IMG/VR virus record: IMGVR_UViG_3300027969_004220
Span: 1-64,000 of that record
Strand: one strand, 5' to 3'
DNA: 64,000 nucleotides
Origin: a virus
Taxonomy: Duplodnaviria > Caudoviricetes
The notes below the pieces were generated by a model, which had not been told where the DNA came from, did not search any database, and saw only the letters and a list, made by a program, of their open reading frames with translations. The position numbers and the translations under genes were made by a program. Position 1 is the first letter of the stretch. Each line of letters begins with the position of its first letter. This document shows, piece after piece, positions 11,855-22,139 of the stretch.

Positions 11855-12232
11855 ATGATTTGGTTAGGGATATTTATAGGACTCATACTAGGTATGGGTT
11901 CTACTTGTCTTTACTTCCTATCGAATTCAAAAGATACGAAAGTTAAAGAGAAGTTTTTAAGAAGAGGTATTTGGACAAATACTTATACTACTGTTGCCGG
12001 TAAGTCATTTCATGTTCAATTTGAATTAGGTGAATTAGAAAAAACCTCGGTAAGATCTAAAGTAGAGATTATTTCTATGACCGCAGATCAATCAGAGTTT
12101 AATACTGATTTAACTAAAAAACGTATCGGTGATATGGTCAATAATACTTGGATCAATTCAGAAGGGATTGAATGGATTGAAGACGACTTAGCAAAGAAAA
12201 GAAACGATAAAATTGAAGAAATACTTAAATAA
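11855..12232 (+). CDS. Membrane-anchored hypothetical protein with C-terminal RD/RN-motif
   Basis: N-terminal hydrophobic helix; ends KRNDKIEEILK. Confidence 0.6.
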   Translation: MIWLGIFIGLILGMGSTCLYFLSNSKDTKVKEKFLRRGIWTNTYTTVAGKSFHVQFELGELEKTSVRSKVEIISMTADQSEFNTDLTKKRIGDMVNNTWINSEGIEWIEDDLAKKRNDKIEEILK

Positions 12233-12234
12233 AT

Positions 12235-12726
12235 ATGACATTAAAAGAGATTAGAGATTTTATGCTTAGTCGTTTAGTTACACCTGTGTATGACGGTAGC
12301 GATTATTATGACGACGACGGTCATTGTGGAGACACATTATATGACGAAATTGTAGAATTTTGGAAAGATTTCAATACAGATGAAGATTTTTATTATCTAG
12401 TATTTGGAACTTTTGAGAATGAGTTAGACTTACACGGTGGTAGATCTTATCTACTTCCAGAAGAAGAATTAGCACCTATGTGTTTTGAATATCTTGTAAG
12501 TAAAGGATTTACGGAAGAAAGATTTAGTAAACTAATATTTAATTCTAATGAATTGAATGAACTTATTGAAGAATTATTTGAAAGTAAATCGTATATTAGA
12601 GACGTTAAAATAAATGAAGTTCTTAAAGAAGTGACTACTCCTATAAACATTTGGTCGAGTTATAACTTTGAAACTACAGAAAAACATACGTTCATAGATT
12701 GGATAAGAAAATTAAATAAAGTGTAA
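12235..12726 (+). CDS. Hypothetical protein
   Basis: 163-aa acidic ORF containing IRDVKINEVL. Confidence 0.6.
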   Translation: MTLKEIRDFMLSRLVTPVYDGSDYYDDDGHCGDTLYDEIVEFWKDFNTDEDFYYLVFGTFENELDLHGGRSYLLPEEELAPMCFEYLVSKGFTEERFSKLIFNSNELNELIEELFESKSYIRDVKINEVLKEVTTPINIWSSYNFETTEKHTFIDWIRKLNKV

Positions 12727-12851
12727 GGAAATAACAACTTTTTAATATATATATATTATAATAATATTAAAGCAATTAGAATAATAACAAGCCAAAATCA
12801 CAATTAAAAAGCAATTGACTGCAAGTCAAAAAGAAAAATCAAAAGCAATCT

Positions 12852-13454
12852 ATGGAATTAAGCAAAACCCCATTCTCTGAACAAGAGAAAATTTTTAAAG
12901 AAAGAACTGGTAAAGACTTCGCAACACTTTATCAAAAGTATTATCCAAAACTAATCTACTTTACATCAAGAATTTGTAATGATGTACAAAAAGCAGAAGA
13001 CATTTCGACAGACTCATTTATGATAGCTCTGGAAAAAATAGAAATGTATCAAAAAGAAAAATCACAATTCTCAACGTGGTTATTCACAATTGCAAAAAAT
13101 TTATCACTTCAAGACAAGAAACTTGAAAACAGAAACATATCGTTAGACATTGAGTTTGATGATGAAGGTACTACATTAAAAGATTTCTTACAAGAAACTG
13201 AAAGTAATGAAGCTATTTATGATGTTTTCACACAAAAAGCAGATGTAATGAAGAAACATATCGACGAGTTAAAAGAGCCGTATAAAACAGTTATTATAAT
13301 GAGAGAGATAGAAAGAATGCAATATAAAGACATCGCAGATAAGCTAAATAAAAATTTATCCACGATTAAAAGTCAAATCAGAAATGGTCGTCAAATTTTA
13401 ATGGAACAATCTAAAAAAGAGTTTGATGAAATTGATGAAATGTTTTTGGATTAA
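12852..13454 (+). CDS. ECF-type RNA polymerase sigma-70 factor
   Basis: Region 2 (AEDISTDSF...FSTWLFTIAKN) and region 4 HTH (YKDIADKLNKNLSTIKSQIRNGR). Confidence 0.9.
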   Translation: MELSKTPFSEQEKIFKERTGKDFATLYQKYYPKLIYFTSRICNDVQKAEDISTDSFMIALEKIEMYQKEKSQFSTWLFTIAKNLSLQDKKLENRNISLDIEFDDEGTTLKDFLQETESNEAIYDVFTQKADVMKKHIDELKEPYKTVIIMREIERMQYKDIADKLNKNLSTIKSQIRNGRQILMEQSKKEFDEIDEMFLD

Positions 13455-13470
13455 ATAACTCAAATTAGAA

Positions 13471-13674
13471 ATGAAAGACATAAAAAAAATATTAGAATAT
13501 GCTAAATATACATTTGACGAGGCAGAAAAAGTAAAAGAATATGCTAAATATATTGATGAACAATCAGAAGAAGTTAAAGATGAAAGTCAGACTTCTTCTG
13601 ATAATCCTGCTAGAAGAACATTAAATGAACACATATCAGAAGTTTTAAAGTTAAACACTAAAAAAGAAAAATAA
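13471..13674 (+). CDS. Small hypothetical protein
   Basis: 67-aa ORF in operon. Confidence 0.5.
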   Translation: MKDIKKILEYAKYTFDEAEKVKEYAKYIDEQSEEVKDESQTSSDNPARRTLNEHISEVLKLNTKKEK

Positions 13675-14933
13675 TGAATATAGAACAGTTAGCAAAGAAT
13701 GCTATTGAGAAAATAAAATCAAATTGGGGTTTACCTAAAAAAGGGTTTATTGCAGGTGGTTCTATTTCAAATCTTATCTGGGAAGAAGTTTCGGGTAAAA
13801 AAGCAATTATAAATGATATTGATGTTTTTTTATTTAATGGTTTACTAGAAAGTTATAACGAAGATAAAAAAGAATACTTTTTTTCATTTAAAGAAGATGA
13901 ACAAAATATTTGGTATGATGATTATGCAGGACTAAGATTTATTGATAGAGCTAAAAACTATTACTCTATTTGTGAATCAACTACTGAGGGCATATTCAAC
14001 TACGTTAGTTACAAGTCAAATACTCATAATCCAGAGATTATTATCAAATCATTTGACATAAACTGTACTGCAGTTGGTTATTCAATTGAAGAAGATAAAT
14101 TTTATTGGACACCAGAATTTGAGAAGTTCTTAAAAACCGGAGCGTTAAAAATAAGTAATTTGAAAACACCTTGCCATACCGCAATTAGAATTGTAAAGAA
14201 AGCTGAAGAACTTGATGTTAAATTAGATCTATTTGAATTAGAGATTATTCAAGGAGTTTTGGCACGCCAACTTCAAGACGTTTACAAAGTTAGATTTCAA
14301 GATAGATATTTTAATTTATTCAATAATTATAAATTACTTAGTGATTATTTTACAATAGAACAAGATACTGACTGTATGACACACGTCAAAACAACATATG
14401 ACAAAGATGTAAATCTTTGGACTTTAAAAACAAAAAGTGAGAAAACTTGGTCAGGTACATTTGATAATAATTTATTAAGTATTCACAAAGGCGAAGACTT
14501 TCTATTTTATGTAAGAAATATCTACACTAAGCCAGAATTAGTGAACATATGGAATCAACTGAGACCATTATTCATAAATGAAGATTATGTTGATGGTGGA
14601 GTTGATGTAGAAGATATGAAATTATTATCAAGTACAATTCAACTTCTACCAAAAACAATACTTAATTTAAGAGGATATAAACTAACTGAGCAAGTTTCAA
14701 TAATAAAATTATTATTAGAAAGATATAAAGAAGATCCAACAATTGCCTTTTCAGTATTAGAAAAACATACGATTGAACCAAATCAAGAGATTGATGATAC
14801 AACCGCTTTACTTTATGAACTTTCTGTAAGAAAAGAAATTACTGATGAGATACATAATTCTAGAGTAGAAAGTATTTTATCTAAGATAGAGGTTAGTCAA
14901 AGTGATTGTGTATCTTGTGAATACTTTTCATAA
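13674..14933 (+). CDS. Nucleotidyltransferase-fold protein (Pol beta superfamily, poly(A) polymerase/CCA-enzyme-like head)
   Basis: FIAGGS...NDIDVF and SFDINC motifs. Confidence 0.6.
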   Translation: MNIEQLAKNAIEKIKSNWGLPKKGFIAGGSISNLIWEEVSGKKAIINDIDVFLFNGLLESYNEDKKEYFFSFKEDEQNIWYDDYAGLRFIDRAKNYYSICESTTEGIFNYVSYKSNTHNPEIIIKSFDINCTAVGYSIEEDKFYWTPEFEKFLKTGALKISNLKTPCHTAIRIVKKAEELDVKLDLFELEIIQGVLARQLQDVYKVRFQDRYFNLFNNYKLLSDYFTIEQDTDCMTHVKTTYDKDVNLWTLKTKSEKTWSGTFDNNLLSIHKGEDFLFYVRNIYTKPELVNIWNQLRPLFINEDYVDGGVDVEDMKLLSSTIQLLPKTILNLRGYKLTEQVSIIKLLLERYKEDPTIAFSVLEKHTIEPNQEIDDTTALLYELSVRKEITDEIHNSRVESILSKIEVSQSDCVSCEYFS

Positions 14934-14970
14934 TTAGAATTTAATATATAATAAAAAATATAATAATATA

Positions 14971-15276
14971 ATGATAAAGAAATTTGGTGAGTTTAGTATA
15001 AATGAAGGTACAAATGACAGACTATCTAAAAGTGATGCAGTTATAGTAATATATGATTTAATGCCAGGTGATGATTTTTTTGAAGTAGACATAAAGAAAG
15101 ATTACGGTGATTATACTGGTGGAAACTTTCATGGTAAAAATATAGAATTTCAATACGAACTTGATAATTTGGAAATAGAAGACTTAGGTGATGAGTATGC
15201 CTATTATGGTTCAAAAAGTAGAGAAGAACTCAAAGAAGAATTAGAACGTAGAGGTTTTAAAACAGAATTAAAATAA
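14971..15276 (+). CDS. Hypothetical protein with N-terminal KKFGEFSINE tag (putative internal head protein)
   Basis: N-terminus resembles the T4 capsid-targeting sequence; TAATATATA upstream. Confidence 0.5.
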   Translation: MIKKFGEFSINEGTNDRLSKSDAVIVIYDLMPGDDFFEVDIKKDYGDYTGGNFHGKNIEFQYELDNLEIEDLGDEYAYYGSKSREELKEELERRGFKTELK

Positions 15277-15277
15277 T

Positions 15278-15309
15278 AAAAAAATCACTCCTAAAGAGTG
15301 GTTTTTTTT
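15278..15309. terminator. Bidirectional intrinsic terminator
   Basis: A-run, TCACTC-ctaaa-GAGTGG hairpin, T-run, between convergent genes. Confidence 0.7.
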
Positions 15310-16009
15310 ATTCAAACCTAAAGTATCTACCACCAGTAGATTTTCTTACACCATTACAAACTTTACTTATATTACTATTGTCTATTTTAATATCTCTACT
15401 ACAATCCATAATGGATCGCCATTTTCCTATCTCATTACCCAATTCATCAAGTTCAACTACTAACTTTCTAACAGCATTTGGATCATTTAATTTCTCAACA
15501 AATACCTTATCATATCTAAATATAAAACCACCTGCATGTTTTGATATACCATTACAAGATCTTGATATATTAGAATGTGATAATGATAGAAACTTTGCTG
15601 CATCTCTAACACTTTTATATTCTTTTATAAAATTACCATCTAAATCATATTGATAAACAATTCTACCCATTTTTTTAGATACTTTATCAATAATTTCTTG
15701 TCTTCTACCAACACTACCTTGACCAGTCTCATCAGAGTTAGTCAACTTATCATTTTTATATAATTTAATATATTCAGTCTCATATTTAACAAAGTCTGAT
15801 AAAGGACAGATTTTTAAGAATTTTATTAAAGGCTTTAAATTTTCTTTTAAAAGACTTTTAATCCACATTGATCTATAATTATATTCTCGTTTACTATCAG
15901 CCAAATGTTCTGATAATCTTTTTGTAGGATTTATTGTTTTTCCTATGTATCTAACCTCATTATCTCTCGGATCTAACAAGGCATATATGTATGCTATATC
16001 TGTTTTCAT
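15308..16009 (-). CDS. GIY-YIG homing endonuclease with NUMOD1 repeats
   Basis: YIYAL...VRYIGKT...KRL..H and two NUMOD1-like HTH repeats (SNISRSCNG, SNISKVCNG). Confidence 0.85.
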   Translation of the reverse strand: MKTDIAYIYALLDPRDNEVRYIGKTINPTKRLSEHLADSKREYNYRSMWIKSLLKENLKPLIKFLKICPLSDFVKYETEYIKLYKNDKLTNSDETGQGSVGRRQEIIDKVSKKMGRIVYQYDLDGNFIKEYKSVRDAAKFLSLSHSNISRSCNGISKHAGGFIFRYDKVFVEKLNDPNAVRKLVVELDELGNEIGKWRSIMDCSRDIKIDNSNISKVCNGVRKSTGGRYFRFE

Positions 16010-16097
16010 ATAGTATATATAAAAATTGGTGCACTCCCTGTCACTTTATTAAACTTTTATATTTAATTTAATATAAATAAAAACTAAATATAAAACT

Positions 16098-16418
16098 ATG
16101 GGATTTATAACAGAATTAAACGAGACAAATTATAACGGATTTGTAGAAAGTGGAGTGGCTTTAGTAGACATATATGCGATTTGGTGTGGCCCCTGCAAGC
16201 AAATTGCACCAATTGTAGATCAATTTTCAATTGATTTTCAAGGAAGAGTAGCAGTTGGTAAGTTAGATGCAACACCTTATGGTGATAAAGTTACCGAGTT
16301 AGGTATCAGAAATATTCCTACAATCTTAATCTATAAAGATGGAGAAATTGTAGATAGAAGTGTTGGTATGACAACTAAAGAGAAATTGTCTGAACTTGTT
16401 GAGCAATACTTAAACTAA
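16098..16418 (+). CDS. trxA: Thioredoxin
   Basis: WCGPC active site and IPT motif. Confidence 0.95.
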   Translation: MGFITELNETNYNGFVESGVALVDIYAIWCGPCKQIAPIVDQFSIDFQGRVAVGKLDATPYGDKVTELGIRNIPTILIYKDGEIVDRSVGMTTKEKLSELVEQYLN

Positions 16419-16993
16419 TGGAAGAAATAGATTATTTATATGATCTAATTAGTAAAAAAGAGACAACCTTAATTGGTTATCGATTTTCAGATGAAAGAAT
16501 TAAAGATGAAATTATTTCTAATCTTGGGGGAACCAAGACAATAGATTTAAGTTCATCTTTTTCTATGAAGTCAATCCTTAGAGATATTAAAATTGATCAA
16601 GTTTTAAATGAAGAAGAGAAAATTGATTACCTGTTATTAGATATAAATGATATAAGAAATTCTTATATTGAACAAAGAAACTTTACTAATGAAGATATAA
16701 ACCGAGCAGGTATAATAAAAAATACTATTTACGATATAAGAGATTGTTTAAGAGATAGTAGAAATGGTAAAGATATAAATGATATTAAATTGATAATTAC
16801 TTGTCCATTACAATCTAATGGTTTAAATAAAGACAATAATATGATTGATGCTTTTATGGGTGGTTCGACACCTTTATATTTGGCAGATTTAGCAATGGTT
16901 ATAACTCAACAAAGTGGTGATAAAGTAATACAAGTCATTAAGAACAGGGAATCAGATTCCCACAAAATTATAAAATATGATAGCATTAAATAG
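16418..16993 (+). CDS. Hypothetical protein
   Basis: 191-aa coupled ORF; internal LRDIKIDQVLN. Confidence 0.55.
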   Translation: MEEIDYLYDLISKKETTLIGYRFSDERIKDEIISNLGGTKTIDLSSSFSMKSILRDIKIDQVLNEEEKIDYLLLDINDIRNSYIEQRNFTNEDINRAGIIKNTIYDIRDCLRDSRNGKDINDIKLIITCPLQSNGLNKDNNMIDAFMGGSTPLYLADLAMVITQQSGDKVIQVIKNRESDSHKIIKYDSIK

Positions 16994-17408
16994 AAGAGCC
17001 CGTTATGAATATACGTTCATAGAAGAATTTGACTGTGGAATAATATTGGTTGGTAGTGAAGTAAAATCTGTTAGAATGGGTAATGTTACTTTAATCGATG
17101 CTTTTATTTTTATAAAAGACAATGAGGTTTGGATAAAGAATCTAAAAATTGCTCCTTATAAATCAGCACATACCTTAGATAAACACGAAGAAAATCGTGA
17201 TAAGAAACTTCTTTTAAATAAAAAAGAGATTACTCGAATCAAACGAAAATTGGAAGACAAAGGTATAACCGCGATTCCACTTGGTATGTTTGTTAAGAAT
17301 AATAGAATTAAAATCAAAATAGCAGTTGCCAAAGGTAAAAAAACTTGGGATAAACGTGAAACTATCAAAGAAAGAGACCTTACCAGAGAGATGCAAAGAA
17401 ATATATAA
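16977..17408 (+). CDS. smpB: SsrA-binding protein SmpB
   Basis: NRRARYEY, GIILVGSEVKS, RDKKLLL and GKKTWDKRETIKERD motifs. Confidence 0.95.
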   Translation: MIALNRRARYEYTFIEEFDCGIILVGSEVKSVRMGNVTLIDAFIFIKDNEVWIKNLKIAPYKSAHTLDKHEENRDKKLLLNKKEITRIKRKLEDKGITAIPLGMFVKNNRIKIKIAVAKGKKTWDKRETIKERDLTREMQRNI

Positions 17409-17411
17409 TGT

Positions 17412-17765
17412 ATGAAATTGACCTTATTAGAATATCTCGATAAGCTACATCTATCAACTACAGAGGAACAAGTTATTGATACACTCAAAAAACTTATGAA
17501 GAACTTTAGTTCTAATAATTATAAAAGTGTTATCATGGCTAATCCGTATTTTAAATCATTAGCACTTGATTTAAAAGAAGAGGTTAGTAAGGAAATGAAT
17601 TTAATGAGAAATTTAATAACAGTTGAAATTGATAATCTTAATTCACAATTAAATAAAACTAAAAATACAGCAGACTTTTTAAAATTAAAGGATCTAAGAA
17701 GAGAGTGTGTTCATCTTTTAACAGAGTTAGAAGCTAGACAACATGATTTATATCTACTATCTTAA
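17412..17765 (+). CDS. Hypothetical protein
   Basis: 117-aa helical ORF. Confidence 0.55.
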   Translation: MKLTLLEYLDKLHLSTTEEQVIDTLKKLMKNFSSNNYKSVIMANPYFKSLALDLKEEVSKEMNLMRNLITVEIDNLNSQLNKTKNTADFLKLKDLRRECVHLLTELEARQHDLYLLS

Positions 17766-19430
17766 AAGATCTTTAAATACTTTTTCAAGTTTATCTAATC
17801 TTTTAACATCACTATTATACTCTTCTTCACTATATCTTAATCTACTCATAATTAGTTTTAATGCTGAAGTATCACCATCTAAGTTTATAAGAATATTTTT
17901 AGTATTTCTAGAAAGTATAAAAATATCATCTTGTACTAATTCATATAATGATGCTAATCTAACTTGTATTGATTTAAGATCTTCAATTGTTTCTATATTT
18001 CTATCTTTAATTGAATTTGATAAAAGTTGACCTATATTAGTTATTCTATCAATTACATCAGACATCCTTTCTGCATTTTGATTATCAGTATCTTTAATAA
18101 CTTTAATACCATTAGAGTAAGCCGTAGTTTGTTTCAAACGTCTTTTCTTAATAGTTTTAAATAACTCATACGTTTTCTCAAAGTTATATGAATTATCATT
18201 TTCTGACATAAGTCTATATAAATAAGAAATAAAGTCCGTCAATCTATCAATATAAGCACTACTATTATAAAGTGCGATTATAAAGTAATCTCCGATAATT
18301 GATGATGAAACAACTGAGTTAAGATTTTTAAATTCTTGTTTATCTTTTTCAATTCCTAATTTTGTAAATAAAGTAGTTAAGTATCTTTCAACATTCTCTT
18401 TTCTAATATCATCTGGTTTTTTTAAAGCTAACGCATCCTTTTTGAAAGATTTTCTTCTTTTTATAATATCAGATGTAGTATCATCAACATTTTTAATAAT
18501 TATATCATCAAGAAAAAGAACTATTGCAAAATTTGCTTCTTTACTTACTTTATTAAAAATTGAAGTTTTTCTCTGATTCCATTCTTCTAAATTAGTTCCA
18601 TCCAATGGTAAATTGAAATCCCAAACAGATTCTTCTGTTTTATTCATCTTATCTAAATCTTGGTCTCTAAATCTTAAAGGTTTTTCATCAAGCATTACTT
18701 TATGTATCATACAATGATCATCTGATGGATCTTCTGGACTTCCTAATGACCAAGCATATTGATATGCCGCATTACCTTCATAAAGATTATATCTATCTGG
18801 TAATGTAATATTATTTCTAGTTGAACCAGGATCTGATCCTTCATGTTCATTTTGATAAAAGTAATATTGAAGTTCATCATCATTTGTTCTATTATCAGCA
18901 TATATTTCACCAAAAGTTAAATAAGAAGGATCTCCATTGAAATCATCACCACAAACCATTACTACTTTATCACCTGTTACTAAATCTCCTAATCTCGCTG
19001 TAGTAATAACACCACCTATATTATACTCCCTAGCTAAGTAAGCTAAGTGAGATTGGTCTAAACCTTCACCATTACTCATCATAACACCACTATAAGAATT
19101 ATACTTATTATAATCCATAGTTTTATTCCCAGTTCCAGTACTACATAGATAACCTTTTTCTAATGAGAACCAATACTTAATACAATAAACTTCTGATGTG
19201 TTCATTGCTTCTTCATCTTTACCAATAGCCAAGGCTTTATTTACTGGTAGATATTGTATTTCATTATCACTTAGTGTACTTAGAGGAAAGTCAAATTTAT
19301 CTGAAAGTTTTTTTAATACTTTTAAAAACTCTCTTGTTGGATTATCACTCTTTATCTTTTTATTTAGAAATGAAAGTATTGCACTAATTCTATCAGATTC
19401 AAACCCTTCGTATAATTTTAAGTATTTCAT
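17757..19430 (-). CDS. Hypothetical protein with N-terminal MKYLKLYEGFES tag (putative internal virion protein)
   Basis: 557-aa ORF; TAATATATA motif upstream on the minus strand. Confidence 0.55.
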   Translation of the reverse strand: MKYLKLYEGFESDRISAILSFLNKKIKSDNPTREFLKVLKKLSDKFDFPLSTLSDNEIQYLPVNKALAIGKDEEAMNTSEVYCIKYWFSLEKGYLCSTGTGNKTMDYNKYNSYSGVMMSNGEGLDQSHLAYLAREYNIGGVITTARLGDLVTGDKVVMVCGDDFNGDPSYLTFGEIYADNRTNDDELQYYFYQNEHEGSDPGSTRNNITLPDRYNLYEGNAAYQYAWSLGSPEDPSDDHCMIHKVMLDEKPLRFRDQDLDKMNKTEESVWDFNLPLDGTNLEEWNQRKTSIFNKVSKEANFAIVLFLDDIIIKNVDDTTSDIIKRRKSFKKDALALKKPDDIRKENVERYLTTLFTKLGIEKDKQEFKNLNSVVSSSIIGDYFIIALYNSSAYIDRLTDFISYLYRLMSENDNSYNFEKTYELFKTIKKRRLKQTTAYSNGIKVIKDTDNQNAERMSDVIDRITNIGQLLSNSIKDRNIETIEDLKSIQVRLASLYELVQDDIFILSRNTKNILINLDGDTSALKLIMSRLRYSEEEYNSDVKRLDKLEKVFKDLLR

Positions 19431-19494
19431 AAACTATATATTAAAATATATTTTTTAAATTGAAACTTTATTGTATATTTGCACAATAAATAAT

Positions 19495-19620
19495 GAGCTA
19501 CTACAACTGACCTGTTAGAGAATAAGTTTTGGTCACATAGTTATAGTTAGTGTTTATGGTAGTAATTAGCTGAGAAATACGTTTTCTTATACACTTTTAA
19601 TAAAAACAGTGAACTACCTC
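19495..19620 (+). ncRNA. Candidate structured 5' leader or ncRNA upstream of the yqeY-tyrS genes
   Basis: Follows TATATTTG at 19474; pairings TGACC/GGTCA, AGCTA/TAGCT, GGTAGT/ACTACC. Confidence 0.35.
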
Positions 19621-19685
19621 GATATTAAATATAAAATATGAAAACAAAAGTGTATTTTTTTTAGAAATTATTAAAAATAAATATT

Positions 19686-20090
19686 ATGAATTTAAAAGAA
19701 CAAATTAGCAAAGACTACATGACTGCTTTCAAAGAAAGAAATGTCGTAGCAAAGAACTTACTTTCTGTAGTGAAAGGAGAAATCCAAACTATTGAAAAAA
19801 ATACAGGAGTAGATTGTCTTTCTGATGCAGAGGTAATTAAAATTCTTAATAAAACTGCAAAATCTCTTAAAGAAGTTATCGCAACTTCTGGTGATGCTGA
19901 ATCTGTAACTCAATTAGAAATGGTTGAAGCTTTACTTCCAGCTGCTATGACAAGAGAAGATGTTGTTGTAAAAGTTAGTGCACTTGTTGCATCAGGTATT
20001 ACCAATGTTGGTGGAATTATGAAAGAGTTTGCTACTTTACAAGTAGATAGAAAAGTTGTATCAGAAGTTATTAAAGAAGTATTAGCATAA
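19686..20090 (+). CDS. GatB/YqeY domain protein
   Basis: MNLKEQISKDYMTAFK...LSDAEVIKIL...LP..MTREDV...GGIMK pattern. Confidence 0.8.
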   Translation: MNLKEQISKDYMTAFKERNVVAKNLLSVVKGEIQTIEKNTGVDCLSDAEVIKILNKTAKSLKEVIATSGDAESVTQLEMVEALLPAAMTREDVVVKVSALVASGITNVGGIMKEFATLQVDRKVVSEVIKEVLA

Positions 20091-21346
20091 TGAAAAATAT
20101 AGTAGAAGAATTAAAATGGCGTGGATTGGTACACGATATAATACCTGGAACGGAGGCTCAACTTTTAAAAGAAGCCACCACCTCTTATATTGGTTTTGAT
20201 CCAACGTCAGATTCTCTACATATCGGTAGTTTAGTTCCAATCATTCTTTTAAAACATATGAAGAACTTTGGTCACAATCCTATCGCACTTGTTGGTGGGG
20301 CCACTGGTATGATCGGTGACCCCTCTGGTAAGTCAAATGAGAGAAATCTGTTAGACGAAGAAACACTTAGTAAAAATGTTGAAGGTATTAAAAATACACT
20401 AACAAGATTTTTAGGTGACACTCCTGTAGTAAATAACTACGATTGGATGTCAAAGTTTAGTTTTATAGATTTTGTACGAGACATTGGTAAAAGAATTACT
20501 GTAAATTACATGTTATCTAAACAATCTGTAAAAAACCGTATTGAAGGTGAAGGAATGTCTTTCACCGAATTTACATACCAGTTGATTCAAGGATACGATT
20601 TCTACCATCTAAACAAAGAACATAACTGTTTATTACAAATGGGTGGTTCAGATCAATGGGGTAACATTACAACAGGAACTGAACTAATTCATAAAATGAA
20701 TCCTGGTAGGGAATCATTTGCAATGACATGTCCTTTACTAACTAAATCGGATGGTTCTAAGTTCGGAAAATCTGAAGGAGGTACAAATATATGGTTAGAT
20801 AAAGATAAGACCTCTGTGTACAAGTTTTACCAATTTTGGATAAATACTGATGATAATGATGCAGAGAAATACATTAAAATCTTTACATTTTTAGATAAAG
20901 AAACTATTGATAATTTAATAGAAGAACATAATAAATCAAAGAACTTATTTTTGTTACAAAAAAAATTAGCAAGAGAAATAACTATTATGGTTCACGGTCA
21001 GCAAGAGTTTGAAAAAGCAATAGAAGCTTCTAACATTTTATTTAATGGTGGAGATTTAAACTTACTTGATGAAGAATTATTTCTAGATATATTTGGTGGA
21101 ATACCACAAGCGAAAGTTCCTATGGAAGATATTCTTGCTGGTATTACAATGACAGACATTCTATTTAAAACAGGTTTCTTAAAATCAAATAATGAAGCTA
21201 GGAGAGCTTTAAAAGAAAACTCTGTTGCAGTAAATAAAATAAAGAGAGAGGAAGACTACATAGTAACAGATGTTGATTTGATAAATGATAAGTTTATCAT
21301 ACTACAAAGAGGCAAGAAAAGTTACTTCTTAGTTGAAGCATCATAG
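20090..21346 (+). CDS. tyrS: Tyrosyl-tRNA synthetase
   Basis: YIGFDPT, HIGS, GGSDQWGNI and KFGKS motifs; C-terminal S4-like domain. Confidence 0.97.
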   Translation: MKNIVEELKWRGLVHDIIPGTEAQLLKEATTSYIGFDPTSDSLHIGSLVPIILLKHMKNFGHNPIALVGGATGMIGDPSGKSNERNLLDEETLSKNVEGIKNTLTRFLGDTPVVNNYDWMSKFSFIDFVRDIGKRITVNYMLSKQSVKNRIEGEGMSFTEFTYQLIQGYDFYHLNKEHNCLLQMGGSDQWGNITTGTELIHKMNPGRESFAMTCPLLTKSDGSKFGKSEGGTNIWLDKDKTSVYKFYQFWINTDDNDAEKYIKIFTFLDKETIDNLIEEHNKSKNLFLLQKKLAREITIMVHGQQEFEKAIEASNILFNGGDLNLLDEELFLDIFGGIPQAKVPMEDILAGITMTDILFKTGFLKSNNEARRALKENSVAVNKIKREEDYIVTDVDLINDKFIILQRGKKSYFLVEAS

Positions 21347-21525
21347 TTTTCACTTACATAACTTTGAAAACTTTTAACTTTGGTTGGTAACCCACTGGCT
21401 TTAACACCTTGGGTCCAATCTTTGTTGAACACCCATTTCATATGTTTAGGTGCACTTTTTTTATTTTTATATTTATGACGCATAGCCCAAATATACTTTA
21501 ATTGCTGTTTGGATTTTGCTGGCAT
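21322..21525 (-). CDS. Small basic hypothetical protein
   Basis: MPAKSKQQ... 67 aa; TTTATATATA motif upstream. Confidence 0.55.
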   Translation of the reverse strand: MPAKSKQQLKYIWAMRHKYKNKKSAPKHMKWVFNKDWTQGVKASGLPTKVKSFQSYVSENYDASTKK

Positions 21526-21571
21526 TTTAACATATTTTTTCTTTTATATATAAAAAACACAAAATACAATT

Positions 21572-21841
21572 ATGGAAATGACCAAAATTAGTAAAGAGGA
21601 AAAAATAGTTCTCGATATACATCGTCAATTATTTAAAGAATCTATGCCAAGTGCAAATTATGATGAACTTATTAAAAAAGAAAAAAAAACTAACTTCAAA
21701 AGTTACATTTTATCGGGTTTATCATACCACATTATTTTAGAAGAAGCATTAAAAAATAAAAAACTAACTCCGCTAAAAAAAGCAGTTATTCGTAATATGG
21801 TTAACTCAAGTGAAACTTTACCCGACATTAAAAGACTTTAA
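21572..21841 (+). CDS. Hypothetical protein
   Basis: 89-aa ORF. Confidence 0.5.
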   Translation: MEMTKISKEEKIVLDIHRQLFKESMPSANYDELIKKEKKTNFKSYILSGLSYHIILEEALKNKKLTPLKKAVIRNMVNSSETLPDIKRL

Positions 21842-21843
21842 AT

Positions 21844-22095
21844 ATGGTTTTAAAAATATTCTGTATAACAGAACCAGACATTTCCTATACAAGAAACAAA
21901 GAATTGGTTGTGAACGAAACTTATTATGGTGTATATACCGAAGCCACACTTGGTGATTATGGTATCTGTCCTATATATGATGTATTTGACGAAAGACAAA
22001 ATCGTCTTGGTCAATACTATGCTAGAGATTTTATAACTTTAGAAGAGTATAGAGATAGAAAACTTGAAGAAATTTTAGGTTTGAGTTTGGTATAA
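21844..22095 (+). CDS. Hypothetical protein with C-terminal RD-motif
   Basis: Ends YRDRKLEEILGLSLV. Confidence 0.6.
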   Translation: MVLKIFCITEPDISYTRNKELVVNETYYGVYTEATLGDYGICPIYDVFDERQNRLGQYYARDFITLEEYRDRKLEEILGLSLV

Positions 22096-22139
22096 TCAAA
22101 TTAAGTTGTATATTTGCAGTGTTAAAAAAATAACAAAAT

